Positions 1-8,430 of a stretch of 24,151 bases of DNA are shown here, piece after piece (position 1 is the first letter of the stretch; the number at the start of each line of letters is the position of its first letter). Where the stretch lies: positions 1-24,151 of the IMG/VR virus record IMGVR_UViG_3300020042_001636. The stretch is one strand, 5' to 3'. The notes beneath the pieces are model-generated. The model was not told the origin of the DNA. It saw nothing but the letters and a program-made list of their open reading frames with translations, and made no database searches. The position numbers and the translations under genes are program-made. This DNA is from a virus. Lineage: Duplodnaviria > Caudoviricetes.

Positions 1-2481
1 CGATTCATTGATGGGCTACAGATGACCCCTGATGGTGGGGCTGAGGTCATGCTTGATGAGGAGGAGCCTGAAGTAGAGGAGATGGAGGACGGCTCTGCTG
101 TTGTGACGATGGAGAAGACGAAGGGGCCGGAAGAGGATACCGAGTTCTACGAGAACCTTGCGGATACGCTGGACATAAACGATCTCAACGCCATTGCGAC
201 CCGTTACCTTGACATGATCAGCAAGGACAAGGAGGCTCGTAAGGAGCGGGATAAGCAGTACGAGGATGGTCTGAGACGGACTGGTCTGGGCAACGATGCT
301 CCGGGCGGGGCTACGTTCATGGGTGCGTCCAAGGTCGTTCATCCGGTTATGGCAGAGGCTTGTGTAGACTTTGCGGCTAGGGCGATCAAGGAACTGTTCC
401 CGCCTGACGGCCCGACTCGGACGAACATTCTTGGCGAGGTTACCGAGAAGAAGACCGAGATTGCGGAGCGTAAGCGCGACTACATGAACTGGCAGTTGAC
501 GGAGCAGATTGAGGAGTTCCGCGACGAGCAGGAGCAGTTGCTTGCACAGCTTCCGCTGGGTGGCAGTCAGTTCCTGAAGATGTGGTGGGACGACCAAAAG
601 AAGCGTCCCTGTGCTGAGTTTGTGCCGATTGACAACGTTTACCTGCCGTTCAGTGCGGTGAACTTCTACACGGCACAGCGCGTGACTGAGGTTCACAACA
701 TCTCCGAGTGGGAGTTCAAGAACCGGATAGCCCGTGGACTGTACCGGGACGTAGAGGTTATCCGCGCAACGATGGAGCCGGATCCTACTGGCCCTGAGAA
801 GGCCAACAACAAGATTGAGGGCAAGCAGTTTCAAGACGGTGAAGACGGTCTTCGTCGTGTATTCCACATCTACACATGGCTTGAACTTGAGGATGACGGG
901 AAGTCTGATGGAGAGTCAGCCCCGTACATTATGATGATCGATGAGTTGGAGGGAGAGGTTCTTGGCCTGTACCGCAACTGGGAAGAGGGCGATAAGACTC
1001 TGACCAAGCTGGACTGGCTGATTGAATTCAAGTTCATCCCGTGGAGGGGAGCGTATGCAATTGGTCTGCCGCATCTTATTGGTGGCCTGTCTGCTGCCCT
1101 TACTGGCTCTCTTCGGGCTTTGCTGGATTCTGCTCACATCAACAATGCTCCTACTATGCTCAAGCTTAAGGGGGCGAGGATCAGCGGTCAGAGCCAACAG
1201 GTGGATGTCACTCAGGTAGTCGAGATTGAGGGCGCACCGGGGGTTGATGACATTAAGAAGATTGCCTTCCCGATGCCGTTCAATCCTCCGTCTCAGGTGC
1301 TGTTGAGCCTGATGGGCTTCTTGGAGAAAGCCGCTAAGGGTGTAGTCACAACGTCCGAGGAGAAGATTGCAGACATCACCAGTCAGGCTCCGGTTGGTAC
1401 GACTCAAGCCTTGATTGAGCAGGGTGCTGCTGTATTCAGCGCGATTCATGCTCGTCTGCACAACTCGCAGAGGCGAGTGCTGATGGTGCTGCAGCGGATT
1501 AACCGTTGGTATCTGGAAGAGCAGAAAAAAGGTGACATTGTTGCTGAGTTGCCGATCAAGCGTGATGACTTCAACCGCAACAGCGATATTGTTCCGGTCA
1601 GTGATCCGCACATCTTCTCCGAGACTCAGCGGATGGCGCAGACTCAGGCTGTTATCTCGTACATGGATAAGTACCCTGACCTGTTCGACAAGCGGGTTGT
1701 TGTTGGGCGTGCGTTGAAACAGATGAAGATCCCCAACATTGAGCAACTGATGCCGCAGTATACGAAGCCGCAGGAGATGCATTCAGCGGATGAGAACGCT
1801 GCTATGGGGATGGGCAGGATGGCAGTTGCTTATCCTCGTCAGGATCACATGGCTCACATTACATCGCATCTGGCCTTTGCCAAGGATCCTGCGTTGGGGA
1901 TGAATCCAATTATTGCCCCGACCTTTATCCCGCAAGCGTTACAGCACATCAAGCAGCACATGATGCTGTGGTACACGCAGAAGATGAACCAGTACACCTT
2001 GATCCCCGCTAAGGTGAAGATGCAGAAGTACGAGGACTCCAAGCTTGCGCCTGAGATTGACAGGGCTATGGCTGCTGCAGCGGAGCATATGGCTCTGGAT
2101 ACGCAGCAGGATTTTGCACAAATCCTCCCGCAGATCCAGCAATTGATGCAAGTTGCACAGCAATTCAACAAGCCGCAGAACGCTCCGATGGACGGAGATG
2201 CCCAAGCAATTCTGCAAGCGTCTATGGCTGAGACTCAGCGGCGTGCTGCTAAGGATCAGGCTGATATCCAGTTGAGTCAGGCCAAGATGGCGCAGGGTCA
2301 ACAGGACATGACGAAGGAGATGCAGTTCAAGGCGGCTATGAATACAGAAAACAACCTGACGGAAGAGCGTATGAAGACGCTTGACCTGACGGTAGAGGCA
2401 GCAAAGTTGAAGAAGGAGCAGTCTCAATCAGCGATTGAACTGCAAAACGAGTTGCAACGTAACCTGACGAGAGGGAATTAA
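1..2481 (+). CDS. Portal protein (podovirus/P22-like), probably 5'-truncated
   Basis: 819 aa from ATG 22, but the frame is open to base 1 (RFIDGLQMT), so the true start is probably upstream. Portal-like segments (GASKVVHPVMAEACVDFAARA, LPLGGSQFLK, YAIGLPHLIGGL, APVGTTQALIEQG), a Q/M-rich coiled-coil C-terminus, and first position in the head module. Confidence 0.9.
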   Translation, partial: RFIDGLQMTPDGGAEVMLDEEEPEVEEMEDGSAVVTMEKTKGPEEDTEFYENLADTLDINDLNAIATRYLDMISKDKEARKERDKQYEDGLRRTGLGNDAPGGATFMGASKVVHPVMAEACVDFAARAIKELFPPDGPTRTNILGEVTEKKTEIAERKRDYMNWQLTEQIEEFRDEQEQLLAQLPLGGSQFLKMWWDDQKKRPCAEFVPIDNVYLPFSAVNFYTAQRVTEVHNISEWEFKNRIARGLYRDVEVIRATMEPDPTGPEKANNKIEGKQFQDGEDGLRRVFHIYTWLELEDDGKSDGESAPYIMMIDELEGEVLGLYRNWEEGDKTLTKLDWLIEFKFIPWRGAYAIGLPHLIGGLSAALTGSLRALLDSAHINNAPTMLKLKGARISGQSQQVDVTQVVEIEGAPGVDDIKKIAFPMPFNPPSQVLLSLMGFLEKAAKGVVTTSEEKIADITSQAPVGTTQALIEQGAAVFSAIHARLHNSQRRVLMVLQRINRWYLEEQKKGDIVAELPIKRDDFNRNSDIVPVSDPHIFSETQRMAQTQAVISYMDKYPDLFDKRVVVGRALKQMKIPNIEQLMPQYTKPQEMHSADENAAMGMGRMAVAYPRQDHMAHITSHLAFAKDPALGMNPIIAPTFIPQALQHIKQHMMLWYTQKMNQYTLIPAKVKMQKYEDSKLAPEIDRAMAAAAEHMALDTQQDFAQILPQIQQLMQVAQQFNKPQNAPMDGDAQAILQASMAETQRRAAKDQADIQLSQAKMAQGQQDMTKEMQFKAAMNTENNLTEERMKTLDLTVEAAKLKKEQSQSAIELQNELQRNLTRGN

Positions 2482-2482
2482 T

Positions 2483-2626
2483 ATGGCAACCAGCGACAAA
2501 GAGCAGCAAAGCGAGATGGTTCCTCAGCACAAGCGTCTTGCACAAGGCGCACCTGTGAATGGAATGCAGGAGAAGTCCAAACAACCCGCACAAGGAGGAC
2601 TATCACAAGCGAAAAAAAGTAAATGA
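2483..2626 (+). CDS. Small hypothetical protein (47 aa, MATSDKEQQSEMVPQHKRLAQGAP...)
   Basis: Translated by hand. GAGGG SD upstream, ATG 1 nt after the portal stop, and TGA overlapping the next ATG (ATGA). Confidence 0.75.
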   Translation: MATSDKEQQSEMVPQHKRLAQGAPVNGMQEKSKQPAQGGLSQAKKSK

Positions 2627-2802
2627 GATACGAGAGTGACTTCATTGACGCAATAAAGGTGCGGCAGGCTTACATAGCCGATTCTCTCACTGCGGGTCAT
2701 GTAGTGAATTTCGAGACGTACCAGCGTTTAGTGGGTCAATACGCAGGGCTGACAGAAGCCTTGCAGATTCTTAACGATTTATTGAAGGAAGACGATGAGT
2801 GA
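2623..2802 (+). CDS. Small helical hypothetical protein (59 aa, MRYESDFIDAIKVRQ...YQRLVGQYAGLTEAL...)
   Basis: Translated by hand. ATGA coupling upstream and 8-nt overlap with the GroES-like gene; fills the gap exactly. Confidence 0.8.
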   Translation: MRYESDFIDAIKVRQAYIADSLTAGHVVNFETYQRLVGQYAGLTEALQILNDLLKEDDE

Positions 2803-3229
2803 ATCTCCGGTAGCTTCTTACGAAGCTGATTTAGCGGGTGCATTTCCTGCTGTAGACCCCGGTGCAGTACCTCTTGGTGCAAGAGTCCTGATTCAACTGC
2901 GGATGGCAAAGAGAAAAGTCACTGCTTCAGGGATTATTTTGGCTCAAGAAACCCGTGATACTGAGAAAGTACAGAATCCGGTGGGGAAAGTAGTGGGAAT
3001 TGGCCCGTTGGCGTTCAAAAAGCGCGACACGATGGAACCTTGGCCCGAAGGGTCTTGGTGTGAGGTAGGTGATTACCTCCGCGTGCCGAAATGGACAGGG
3101 GATCGATGGGAGGTAAAGCTTCCCGGCGCACCAGATGGCGAGGATAGGGTGGAATTCATCATTATCAACGACCATGAGGTGATTGCTAAGATCACTGGCA
3201 ACCCACTTGAAGTGAGGGCATTTATATGA
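2795..3229 (+). CDS. groES: GroES/Cpn10-like co-chaperonin
   Basis: PLGARVLI, mobile-loop TASGIILA, GKVVGIGP, EVGDYL and IINDHEVIAKI match the GroES pattern (PLxDRVL, TxGGIxL, GxVVAVG, VGDxV, IxxExDILA). AAGGA SD. Confidence 0.88.
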   Translation: MSESPVASYEADLAGAFPAVDPGAVPLGARVLIQLRMAKRKVTASGIILAQETRDTEKVQNPVGKVVGIGPLAFKKRDTMEPWPEGSWCEVGDYLRVPKWTGDRWEVKLPGAPDGEDRVEFIIINDHEVIAKITGNPLEVRAFI

Positions 3230-4200
3230 GCAACGAAAACGAGAAGATTGAAGAGCCAAAACTGATTGTAGACGAGCAAAAGGACGGTAGCGTTACCGTG
3301 GAGGGCATAGATCTGCCCCCGAATGACGATCAGGAGGCTTCTGAGGGCGATTCTTCAGAGCAGATGGCCGCTGGTGGCTCCGTTCCTGAAGATGGTGGTG
3401 TAGACCATCCTGATGACACTGAGGCCATCCGTTCTGCGCGGCGTGATAAGCGTAAAGCCAAGAAGGTTTACCAGCGTCAGCAGCAGCAGGAGAAAGATGT
3501 CCGATTCCAGCAGCTTCAGAGGCAGAATCAGGATCTTCTGGCTCGTTTGTCGGCTGTAGAGGTAAGGACACACGGTTCTGAACTGGCGCGGATCGACAAA
3601 GCCATAGAAGATCAGAACGTCCGCATCCAATACGCCAAGATGAAGATTGCCGAGGCTGCACAGGCTTCGGATGGGGAGGGAATGGCGAACGCGCAGGAGA
3701 TGTGGTTTGAGGCGCGGCGTGCTGCGGAGTCTTTGCAGAACCTGAAGAACCAAGCCGCGACTCCCAAGCAGCAGGCAATCGCTCCAGACCGTGATGTACA
3801 GCGTCAGGCTGCTACATGGATGGAGAGGAATTCTTGGTACGACCCCAGTGGTGGGGATGAGGATTCCGACATCGCTTTGACCATCGATAAGCGGATGGCA
3901 AAGGAGGGTTGGGATCCCAAAAACTCAGATTATTGGGATGAACTTGACAACCGCTTGCAAAAGCGTTTGCCACACAGGTACAATGAAGAATCAGATGAGC
4001 GATCATTTGTCAAGAGGCCCAAGAGTGTTGTCACTGGTAGTGGACGAGAGAGTGCAGCGAGTAGTGGAGGGCGTGGAACATTTACGCTCACCCCGGATCA
4101 AGTTCGGGCCATGAAAGATGCGGGAATGTGGGAAGACCCACAAGCACGCGCACGCATGATTCGTCGTTACGCCAATGAAACACGGAACAGGAGCAATTGA
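3226..4200 (+). CDS. Putative capsid scaffolding protein
   Basis: Acidic disordered N-terminus, long coiled coil, WMERNSWY motif and a basic C-terminal helix. Located between portal and capsid genes. Confidence 0.7.
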   Translation: MSNENEKIEEPKLIVDEQKDGSVTVEGIDLPPNDDQEASEGDSSEQMAAGGSVPEDGGVDHPDDTEAIRSARRDKRKAKKVYQRQQQQEKDVRFQQLQRQNQDLLARLSAVEVRTHGSELARIDKAIEDQNVRIQYAKMKIAEAAQASDGEGMANAQEMWFEARRAAESLQNLKNQAATPKQQAIAPDRDVQRQAATWMERNSWYDPSGGDEDSDIALTIDKRMAKEGWDPKNSDYWDELDNRLQKRLPHRYNEESDERSFVKRPKSVVTGSGRESAASSGGRGTFTLTPDQVRAMKDAGMWEDPQARARMIRRYANETRNRSN

Positions 4201-4202
4201 TA

Positions 4203-4736
4203 ATGGACACTCGTATAAAGAAATCTCTTTCTGCTGGGGGGCGTGCAAACCGCGCCAATCTTGACTCAAGTCGTGAGTCTCCAGAGGATCAGTTCGTATC
4301 GTCCGATGAGCGTCGAAAGATGTGGAGGGACGAATGGACACAAAGTGCATTGCCAAATGTTCCGGGGATTCCCGGATGGCATCTTTGCTGGTTATCGACC
4401 ACCAATAGTTACGACAGTATTGATAAACGGATTCGCCTTGGTTACGTTCCCGTGAAAGCGGATGAGTTGCCGGGGTTTGACAATTACCGTGTAAAAGCTG
4501 GCGAACAAACTGGTTACATTGCGTGCAATGAAATGCTGCTCTACAAACTCCCGATGGAACAATATCAGGAAGTTATGGCGCACTTTCACCATGAGCAACC
4601 TCTGGAGGAAGCGAACAAAATTCGTCTTCAAGCAGAGCAGCAAGTGGGCCGCGATAGTTCTGGCAGACGCTTGGGTCAGGTAGAAGGCGAAGGCATGGAA
4701 AATATAGACAAACCAATTCCCGCACCGATGTTTTGA
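4203..4736 (+). CDS. Conserved head-module hypothetical protein
   Basis: ATG 4203 with AGGAG at 4189-4193 is preferred over TTG 4197. Motifs PGWHLCWLS and RIRLGYVPV; lies between scaffold and capsid genes. Confidence 0.75.
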   Translation: MDTRIKKSLSAGGRANRANLDSSRESPEDQFVSSDERRKMWRDEWTQSALPNVPGIPGWHLCWLSTTNSYDSIDKRIRLGYVPVKADELPGFDNYRVKAGEQTGYIACNEMLLYKLPMEQYQEVMAHFHHEQPLEEANKIRLQAEQQVGRDSSGRRLGQVEGEGMENIDKPIPAPMF

Positions 4737-4768
4737 TGCGGAAACTCAAATAAACTAGGAGTAATGCT

Positions 4769-5341
4769 ATGTCTGCAACATCTGCTCCGTTTGGCTTTCG
4801 CCCTGTCTTCCATCCCTCTGGGCTGGATAGAGCAATAGCGTTGGCTGGCGGCATTGCCAGTGCGTATAACACTGGTATTCTCAAGAATCAACCTGTCGCC
4901 TTGAATTCCAGTGGTGTTCTGATTATCGCCACTGCTGGAAGTGCATTTCAAGGTTCGTTTGCTGGCGTGGAGTACACCGATGCTTCGGGTCGTCGCCAGA
5001 TCAACAACCAGTTTCCTGCCAACACGGCATATCAAGCTGGATCCTGCATCGCTTATTACTACAGCGATCCGCTGATTGTCTACGAAGTTCAAGCTGATGC
5101 AACTCTGGCTCAGACTTCGATTGGCGATCAGGCTAATATGAGCAACGCAACGGCTGGCAGCACCTTTACCGGACTGTCTGCTGCCACTCTTTCAGCCACG
5201 CTGGCAGGTAGTTCAGCCGTTGGGGATTTCCGAATCCTTGACATAGCCCCATATGCAGATAATGCATTTGGAGACGCATTCCCAATTGTCCGCGTGCAGG
5301 TCAGCCGCAGCCAATTCGTGGCAACCATTAACGCCATCTAA
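4769..5341 (+). CDS. Putative capsid-associated (cement/decoration) protein
   Basis: AGGAG SD. 190 aa A/G/S-rich beta-type protein starting APFGFRP, immediately upstream of the major capsid gene. The function is inferred from position. Confidence 0.6.
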   Translation: MSATSAPFGFRPVFHPSGLDRAIALAGGIASAYNTGILKNQPVALNSSGVLIIATAGSAFQGSFAGVEYTDASGRRQINNQFPANTAYQAGSCIAYYYSDPLIVYEVQADATLAQTSIGDQANMSNATAGSTFTGLSAATLSATLAGSSAVGDFRILDIAPYADNAFGDAFPIVRVQVSRSQFVATINAI

Positions 5342-5353
5342 GGAGAATAAATA

Positions 5354-6268
5354 ATGGCTGCTCCGATGCGTAGTACAGACTTCCGGTCGATTGTTGAGCC
5401 TATCCTCAACGAATGTTTCGACGGAGTTTATGATCAGCGTACCGACGAATGGTCACGGGTCTTCCGTGAACAGACAGGTATTCCCCGCAACTACCATGAA
5501 GAGCCGGTTCTTTACGGCTTTGGTGCTGCACCGCAACTGCCTGATGGCACGCCGGTAACGTACCAGCAGGGTGGTGTACTGTTCCTCCAGCGTTACGTCT
5601 ACAACGTGTTTGGTCTGGCGTTTGCTCTGACGAAGGTGCTGGTAGAGGACGGTGACCACATCCGTATCGGTCAGGTGTACGCAAAGCACCTCGCCCAGTC
5701 GCTGATTGAGACGAAAGAAACGCTGTCGGCTAACGTGCTGAACCGCGCTTTCAACTCGGCTTATATCGGTGGTGACGGCGTGCAACTCAACAGCGCGGCT
5801 CATCCGATTGTTAGCGGTACGTTCAGCAACCTGCTGACCACTGCAGCCAATCTGTCGCAGACCTCGCTTGAGCAGATGCTTATCCAGATCCGTCAAGCCG
5901 TTGACAACAACGGTAAGAAGATCCGTCTGGTTCCGCGTCAACTGGTTGTGGCTCCGGGCAACATCTTCCAAGCAGAAGTTCTGCTGAAGAGCGTGCTGCG
6001 TACTGGTACTGCCAACAACGATGTCAACCCGATCAAGTCGATTGGTCTGCTGGACGAAGGCGCAGCAGTTCTGTCGCGTCTGACTTCTCCGACTGCTTGG
6101 TGGGTTCAGACCGATGCACCGGAAGGCATGAAGCTTCTGATGCGCCGCGCTCTGGAAAAGACGATGGAAGGTGACTTTGAGACGGACTCCATGCGCTACA
6201 AGGCAACGGAACGTTACCAAGTCGGCTTCACCGATCCGCGTGCCATGTACGGTACTCCGGGCGTTTAG
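5354..6268 (+). CDS. Major capsid protein (HK97 fold, Mu gpT-like)
   Basis: Strong TAAGGAG SD and biased codon use. Motifs EPILNECFDGVY, GDGVQLNSAAHP, PRQLVVAP, GTANNDVN and EGDFETDSMRYKATERYQVGFTDPRAMYGTPG. Followed by a terminator-like hairpin. Confidence 0.92.
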   Translation: MAAPMRSTDFRSIVEPILNECFDGVYDQRTDEWSRVFREQTGIPRNYHEEPVLYGFGAAPQLPDGTPVTYQQGGVLFLQRYVYNVFGLAFALTKVLVEDGDHIRIGQVYAKHLAQSLIETKETLSANVLNRAFNSAYIGGDGVQLNSAAHPIVSGTFSNLLTTAANLSQTSLEQMLIQIRQAVDNNGKKIRLVPRQLVVAPGNIFQAEVLLKSVLRTGTANNDVNPIKSIGLLDEGAAVLSRLTSPTAWWVQTDAPEGMKLLMRRALEKTMEGDFETDSMRYKATERYQVGFTDPRAMYGTPGV

Positions 6269-6277
6269 TAGTAAATC

Positions 6278-6310
6278 GGGGCTGGCTTAAAAACCAGTCC
6301 CACCATTTTT
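6278..6310 (+). terminator. Intrinsic terminator-like hairpin after the major capsid gene
   Basis: GGGGCTGG (6278-6285) pairs with CCAGTCCC (6294-6301) with one G-U pair, followed by ACCATTTTT. The U-tract is offset, so termination is probably leaky. Confidence 0.6.
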
Positions 6311-6345
6311 AATGTATTCGTCAAGCTTTTCAAGGAGAAGACGAA

Positions 6346-7323
6346 ATGCCTCAATTTTCAGATGACCTGTTCTTGGGTTCCGCTATTACCGTTCAAGGTA
6401 TGGACGCATACCCTGCTGTTTCAACCTTCACTGGTTCAATTGCTACCACTACGCTAACTGTCACTGCCATGCTTTCTGGCGACCCAATTTTTGTGGGTAT
6501 GTTTATTGACAGTTCAACTTCGCTCACCAATGGAACTTTCATTTCCGCTTTTGGGACTGGTTCTGGTGGCGTAGGTACTTACACCGTAAGCGCCTCGCAA
6601 ACTGTAGCAAGCGCCACAATTATTGGTTCTGGCAATGCCACATTGCAAAACCCGTCTCCAATGAGCGTAGGTGTTGGCCCGTTGGGTCGTGTTTATATTT
6701 GGGACGCTGTTCCCCAAGCAAAACTGACCACTAACATTGTTGCTGCCGTTATCACTACTGCTACCACGCTTACGCTTGCCGCAGGCGCTGGCGTTACGTC
6801 CGCTACGATTACAGGCGGTGCAACAGGCTTGCAACTGGACGCTCCTCGCGCTGTTTCTACAACCACAGGTGCTGGTAGCCCAACCACTGTCAATATTACT
6901 GTTTCAGGGTACGACTATTACGGTCAAGCCATGAGCGAAGTAATCGCAACAGGAACGGTGGCATCTACTACTGTCAGTGGTAAGAAAGCCTTTTACCAAA
7001 TTGCCAGTGTTGTCTCTTCTGGTGCAAGCGTTGTAACCGTTGCAGTAGGTACAACCGACATCTTGGGTTCGCCGTTGCGTATTACCGATGCCGGATACAT
7101 TACTCGTGCTGGTTGGGACAATACGCTTGCAGAAAATGCGGGTACGTTTGTTGCCGCCGCTACGTTGACGGCTACCACAACCACGGGCGATGTGAGGGGT
7201 ACTTATTTGCCTTCTTCTGCGTGTGACGGTATTAAACGTCTTGTAATGGGAATAGCCCTTCCGGCAATTGCGGCAGGCCCAAATGCAACCCGTCTTGGCG
7301 CGCTTGGCGTCACTCAGGCATAA
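6346..7323 (+). CDS. Virion structural protein (T/A/G-rich, possible head decoration/fibre)
   Basis: AAGGAG SD. 325 aa beta-rich protein with an [14 protein letters not shown]...[11 protein letters not shown] module and a [13 protein letters not shown] motif, directly after the capsid gene. Confidence 0.65.
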   Translation: MPQFSDDLFLGSAITVQGMDAYPAVSTFTGSIATTTLTVTAMLSGDPIFVGMFIDSSTSLTNGTFISAFGTGSGGVGTYTVSASQTVASATIIGSGNATLQNPSPMSVGVGPLGRVYIWDAVPQAKLTTNIVAAVITTATTLTLAAGAGVTSATITGGATGLQLDAPRAVSTTTGAGSPTTVNITVSGYDYYGQAMSEVIATGTVASTTVSGKKAFYQIASVVSSGASVVTVAVGTTDILGSPLRITDAGYITRAGWDNTLAENAGTFVAAATLTATTTTGDVRGTYLPSSACDGIKRLVMGIALPAIAAGPNATRLGALGVTQA

Positions 7324-7333
7324 GGAGATAGAC

Positions 7334-8386
7334 ATGGGCCAATTCAAACCGATGGTAAAGATGGAGACTACTGAACCTTCAGTGATTCTGAAACTGAAGA
7401 AAGGTGGTCATGTCGCCATGAGTTCTAATGGCAAAGAGGGTCACAAGCCGATGAAGAAGATGGACGGTGGAGCGATGGGTGCGCTGGCTGGCACTCCTGC
7501 TCTGATCGGTCGTCCTGCGGTCAATGCTCCGGTGGCTGCTCCGGGTCGTCCGTCCATGAATGATCGTCGCAAGGCGATGATGATGGCGCAGATGATGAAG
7601 AAACGCCAACCTGCCATGCCTGCCCCGATGATGAAGAATGGTGGCAAGGCTGATGGTGACATGGCTCAAGACAAGGCTATGGTCAAGAAAGCCATGAAGC
7701 AGCATGATGCTCAAGAGCATAAGGGTGGCAAAGGAACCAAGCTGTCACTGAAGACTGGTGGCGTAGCGATGGGTGCTGCTGGTTATGCCAAGGGTGGTGG
7801 CGTAAAGATGGGCAATGGCGGCGGCTACAAAACTGGTGGTGTTGTCCTTGGCAACGCTGGTGGTTTCAAATCCGGCGGTATGGCTATGGTTGAGAAGGAC
7901 GGGAAGATGGTTCCTGACTTTGCGGCTGATGGCAAGGGCAAGATGAAAAAGGGCGGCATGATGGGCGGCGGCATGATGGGTGGATACAAGAAGGGTGGTT
8001 CCACAAAAAAAGCCTACGCCACGGGGGGGCTTGTTAATTCAGGCAAACCCGTGGCGATGCCTGAAGGACATAAAAAGCCTTCGGCTCCGGTAAGCATTAA
8101 CAAATTTTCTGGAACCTTCAAGAAGGGTGGCAGCGTAAAAAAGCTTAATGGTGGTGGGGATCCTCAGTCTGACAAAGAGACTAAAGGCTACCAAGGCACC
8201 TACACCACCCAGAAGGCTGAAAATTTAGCTGACCGTGAAGCCATGAATCCCATGAACATTATCCGGCCTATTGTGGATAAGGTTAGAGGGATGTTTGGAT
8301 CAACTCCCGGAGCGGTAACGAAGACTAAGGAGTCTACTACTGTCGTTCCTGCCAAGCGGCGTAGCGGCGGCAACGTTAATTGCTGA
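7334..8386 (+). CDS. Basic K/G/M-rich low-complexity protein with repeated [MLFY][KA]xGG motifs (350 aa)
   Basis: TAAGGAG SD precedes ATG 7334, so this start is preferred over the track's 7268. Ten strict motif copies; ends KRRSGGNVNC. Confidence 0.85.
   Translation: MGQFKPMVKMETTEPSVILKLKKGGHVAMSSNGKEGHKPMKKMDGGAMGALAGTPALIGRPAVNAPVAAPGRPSMNDRRKAMMMAQMMKKRQPAMPAPMMKNGGKADGDMAQDKAMVKKAMKQHDAQEHKGGKGTKLSLKTGGVAMGAAGYAKGGGVKMGNGGGYKTGGVVLGNAGGFKSGGMAMVEKDGKMVPDFAADGKGKMKKGGMMGGGMMGGYKKGGSTKKAYATGGLVNSGKPVAMPEGHKKPSAPVSINKFSGTFKKGGSVKKLNGGGDPQSDKETKGYQGTYTTQKAENLADREAMNPMNIIRPIVDKVRGMFGSTPGAVTKTKESTTVVPAKRRSGGNVNC
7748..7879 (+). repeat. Degenerate in-frame tandem repeat (about 12-14 aa unit)
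   Basis: LKTGGVAMGAAG / YAKGGGVKMGNGGG / YKTGGVVLGNAGG / FKSGG. Confidence 0.7.
8005..8056 (+). promoter_or_regulatory. Candidate programmed -1 ribosomal frameshift signal
   Basis: In-phase A_AAA_AAA (8005-8011), a 5-nt spacer, a perfect 9-bp stem CGCCACGGG (8017-8025)/CCCGTGGCG (8048-8056) and an inner GCTTG/CAGGC stem. The -1 frame reads SLRHGGAC-stop (TAA 8035-8037). Confidence 0.65.
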
Positions 8387-8390
8387 AATA

Positions 8391-8418
8391 AGGCGGGGGC
8401 TTCGGCCCCTGTCTTTTT
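8391..8418 (+). terminator. Rho-independent terminator
   Basis: AGGCGGGGGC-TTCG-GCCCCTGTCT forms a 10-bp stem (two G-U pairs) with a cUUCGg tetraloop, followed by TTTT. Confidence 0.85.
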
Positions 8419-8430
8419 AGGAGAATAATT

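Noticed and set aside
16-2427. Long minus-strand ORFs (16-867, 916-1782, 1939-2427) opposite the portal
   Set aside because: Antisense shadows of a codon-biased gene; L/V/H/R-rich translations with no recognisable motifs.
2611-2622. GAAAAAAAG run as a frameshift site
   Set aside because: A_AAA_AAG is out of phase with the 2483 ORF, a -1 shift meets TAA almost at once, and no stimulatory stem was seen. A homopolymer length error cannot be excluded.
5453-6220. 255-aa minus-strand ORF opposite the major capsid gene
   Set aside because: Shadow ORF fully inside a well-supported + strand gene.
7268-7333. Upstream start extensions in the ORF track (7268; likewise 4197, 8799, 9372, 18015)
   Set aside because: They overlap the preceding genes, while downstream ATGs have a better SD or stop-start coupling.
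7748-7879. CRISPR-like or non-coding repeat array
   Set aside because: The repeats are degenerate, in frame and conserved at protein level, with no identical repeats separated by spacers.
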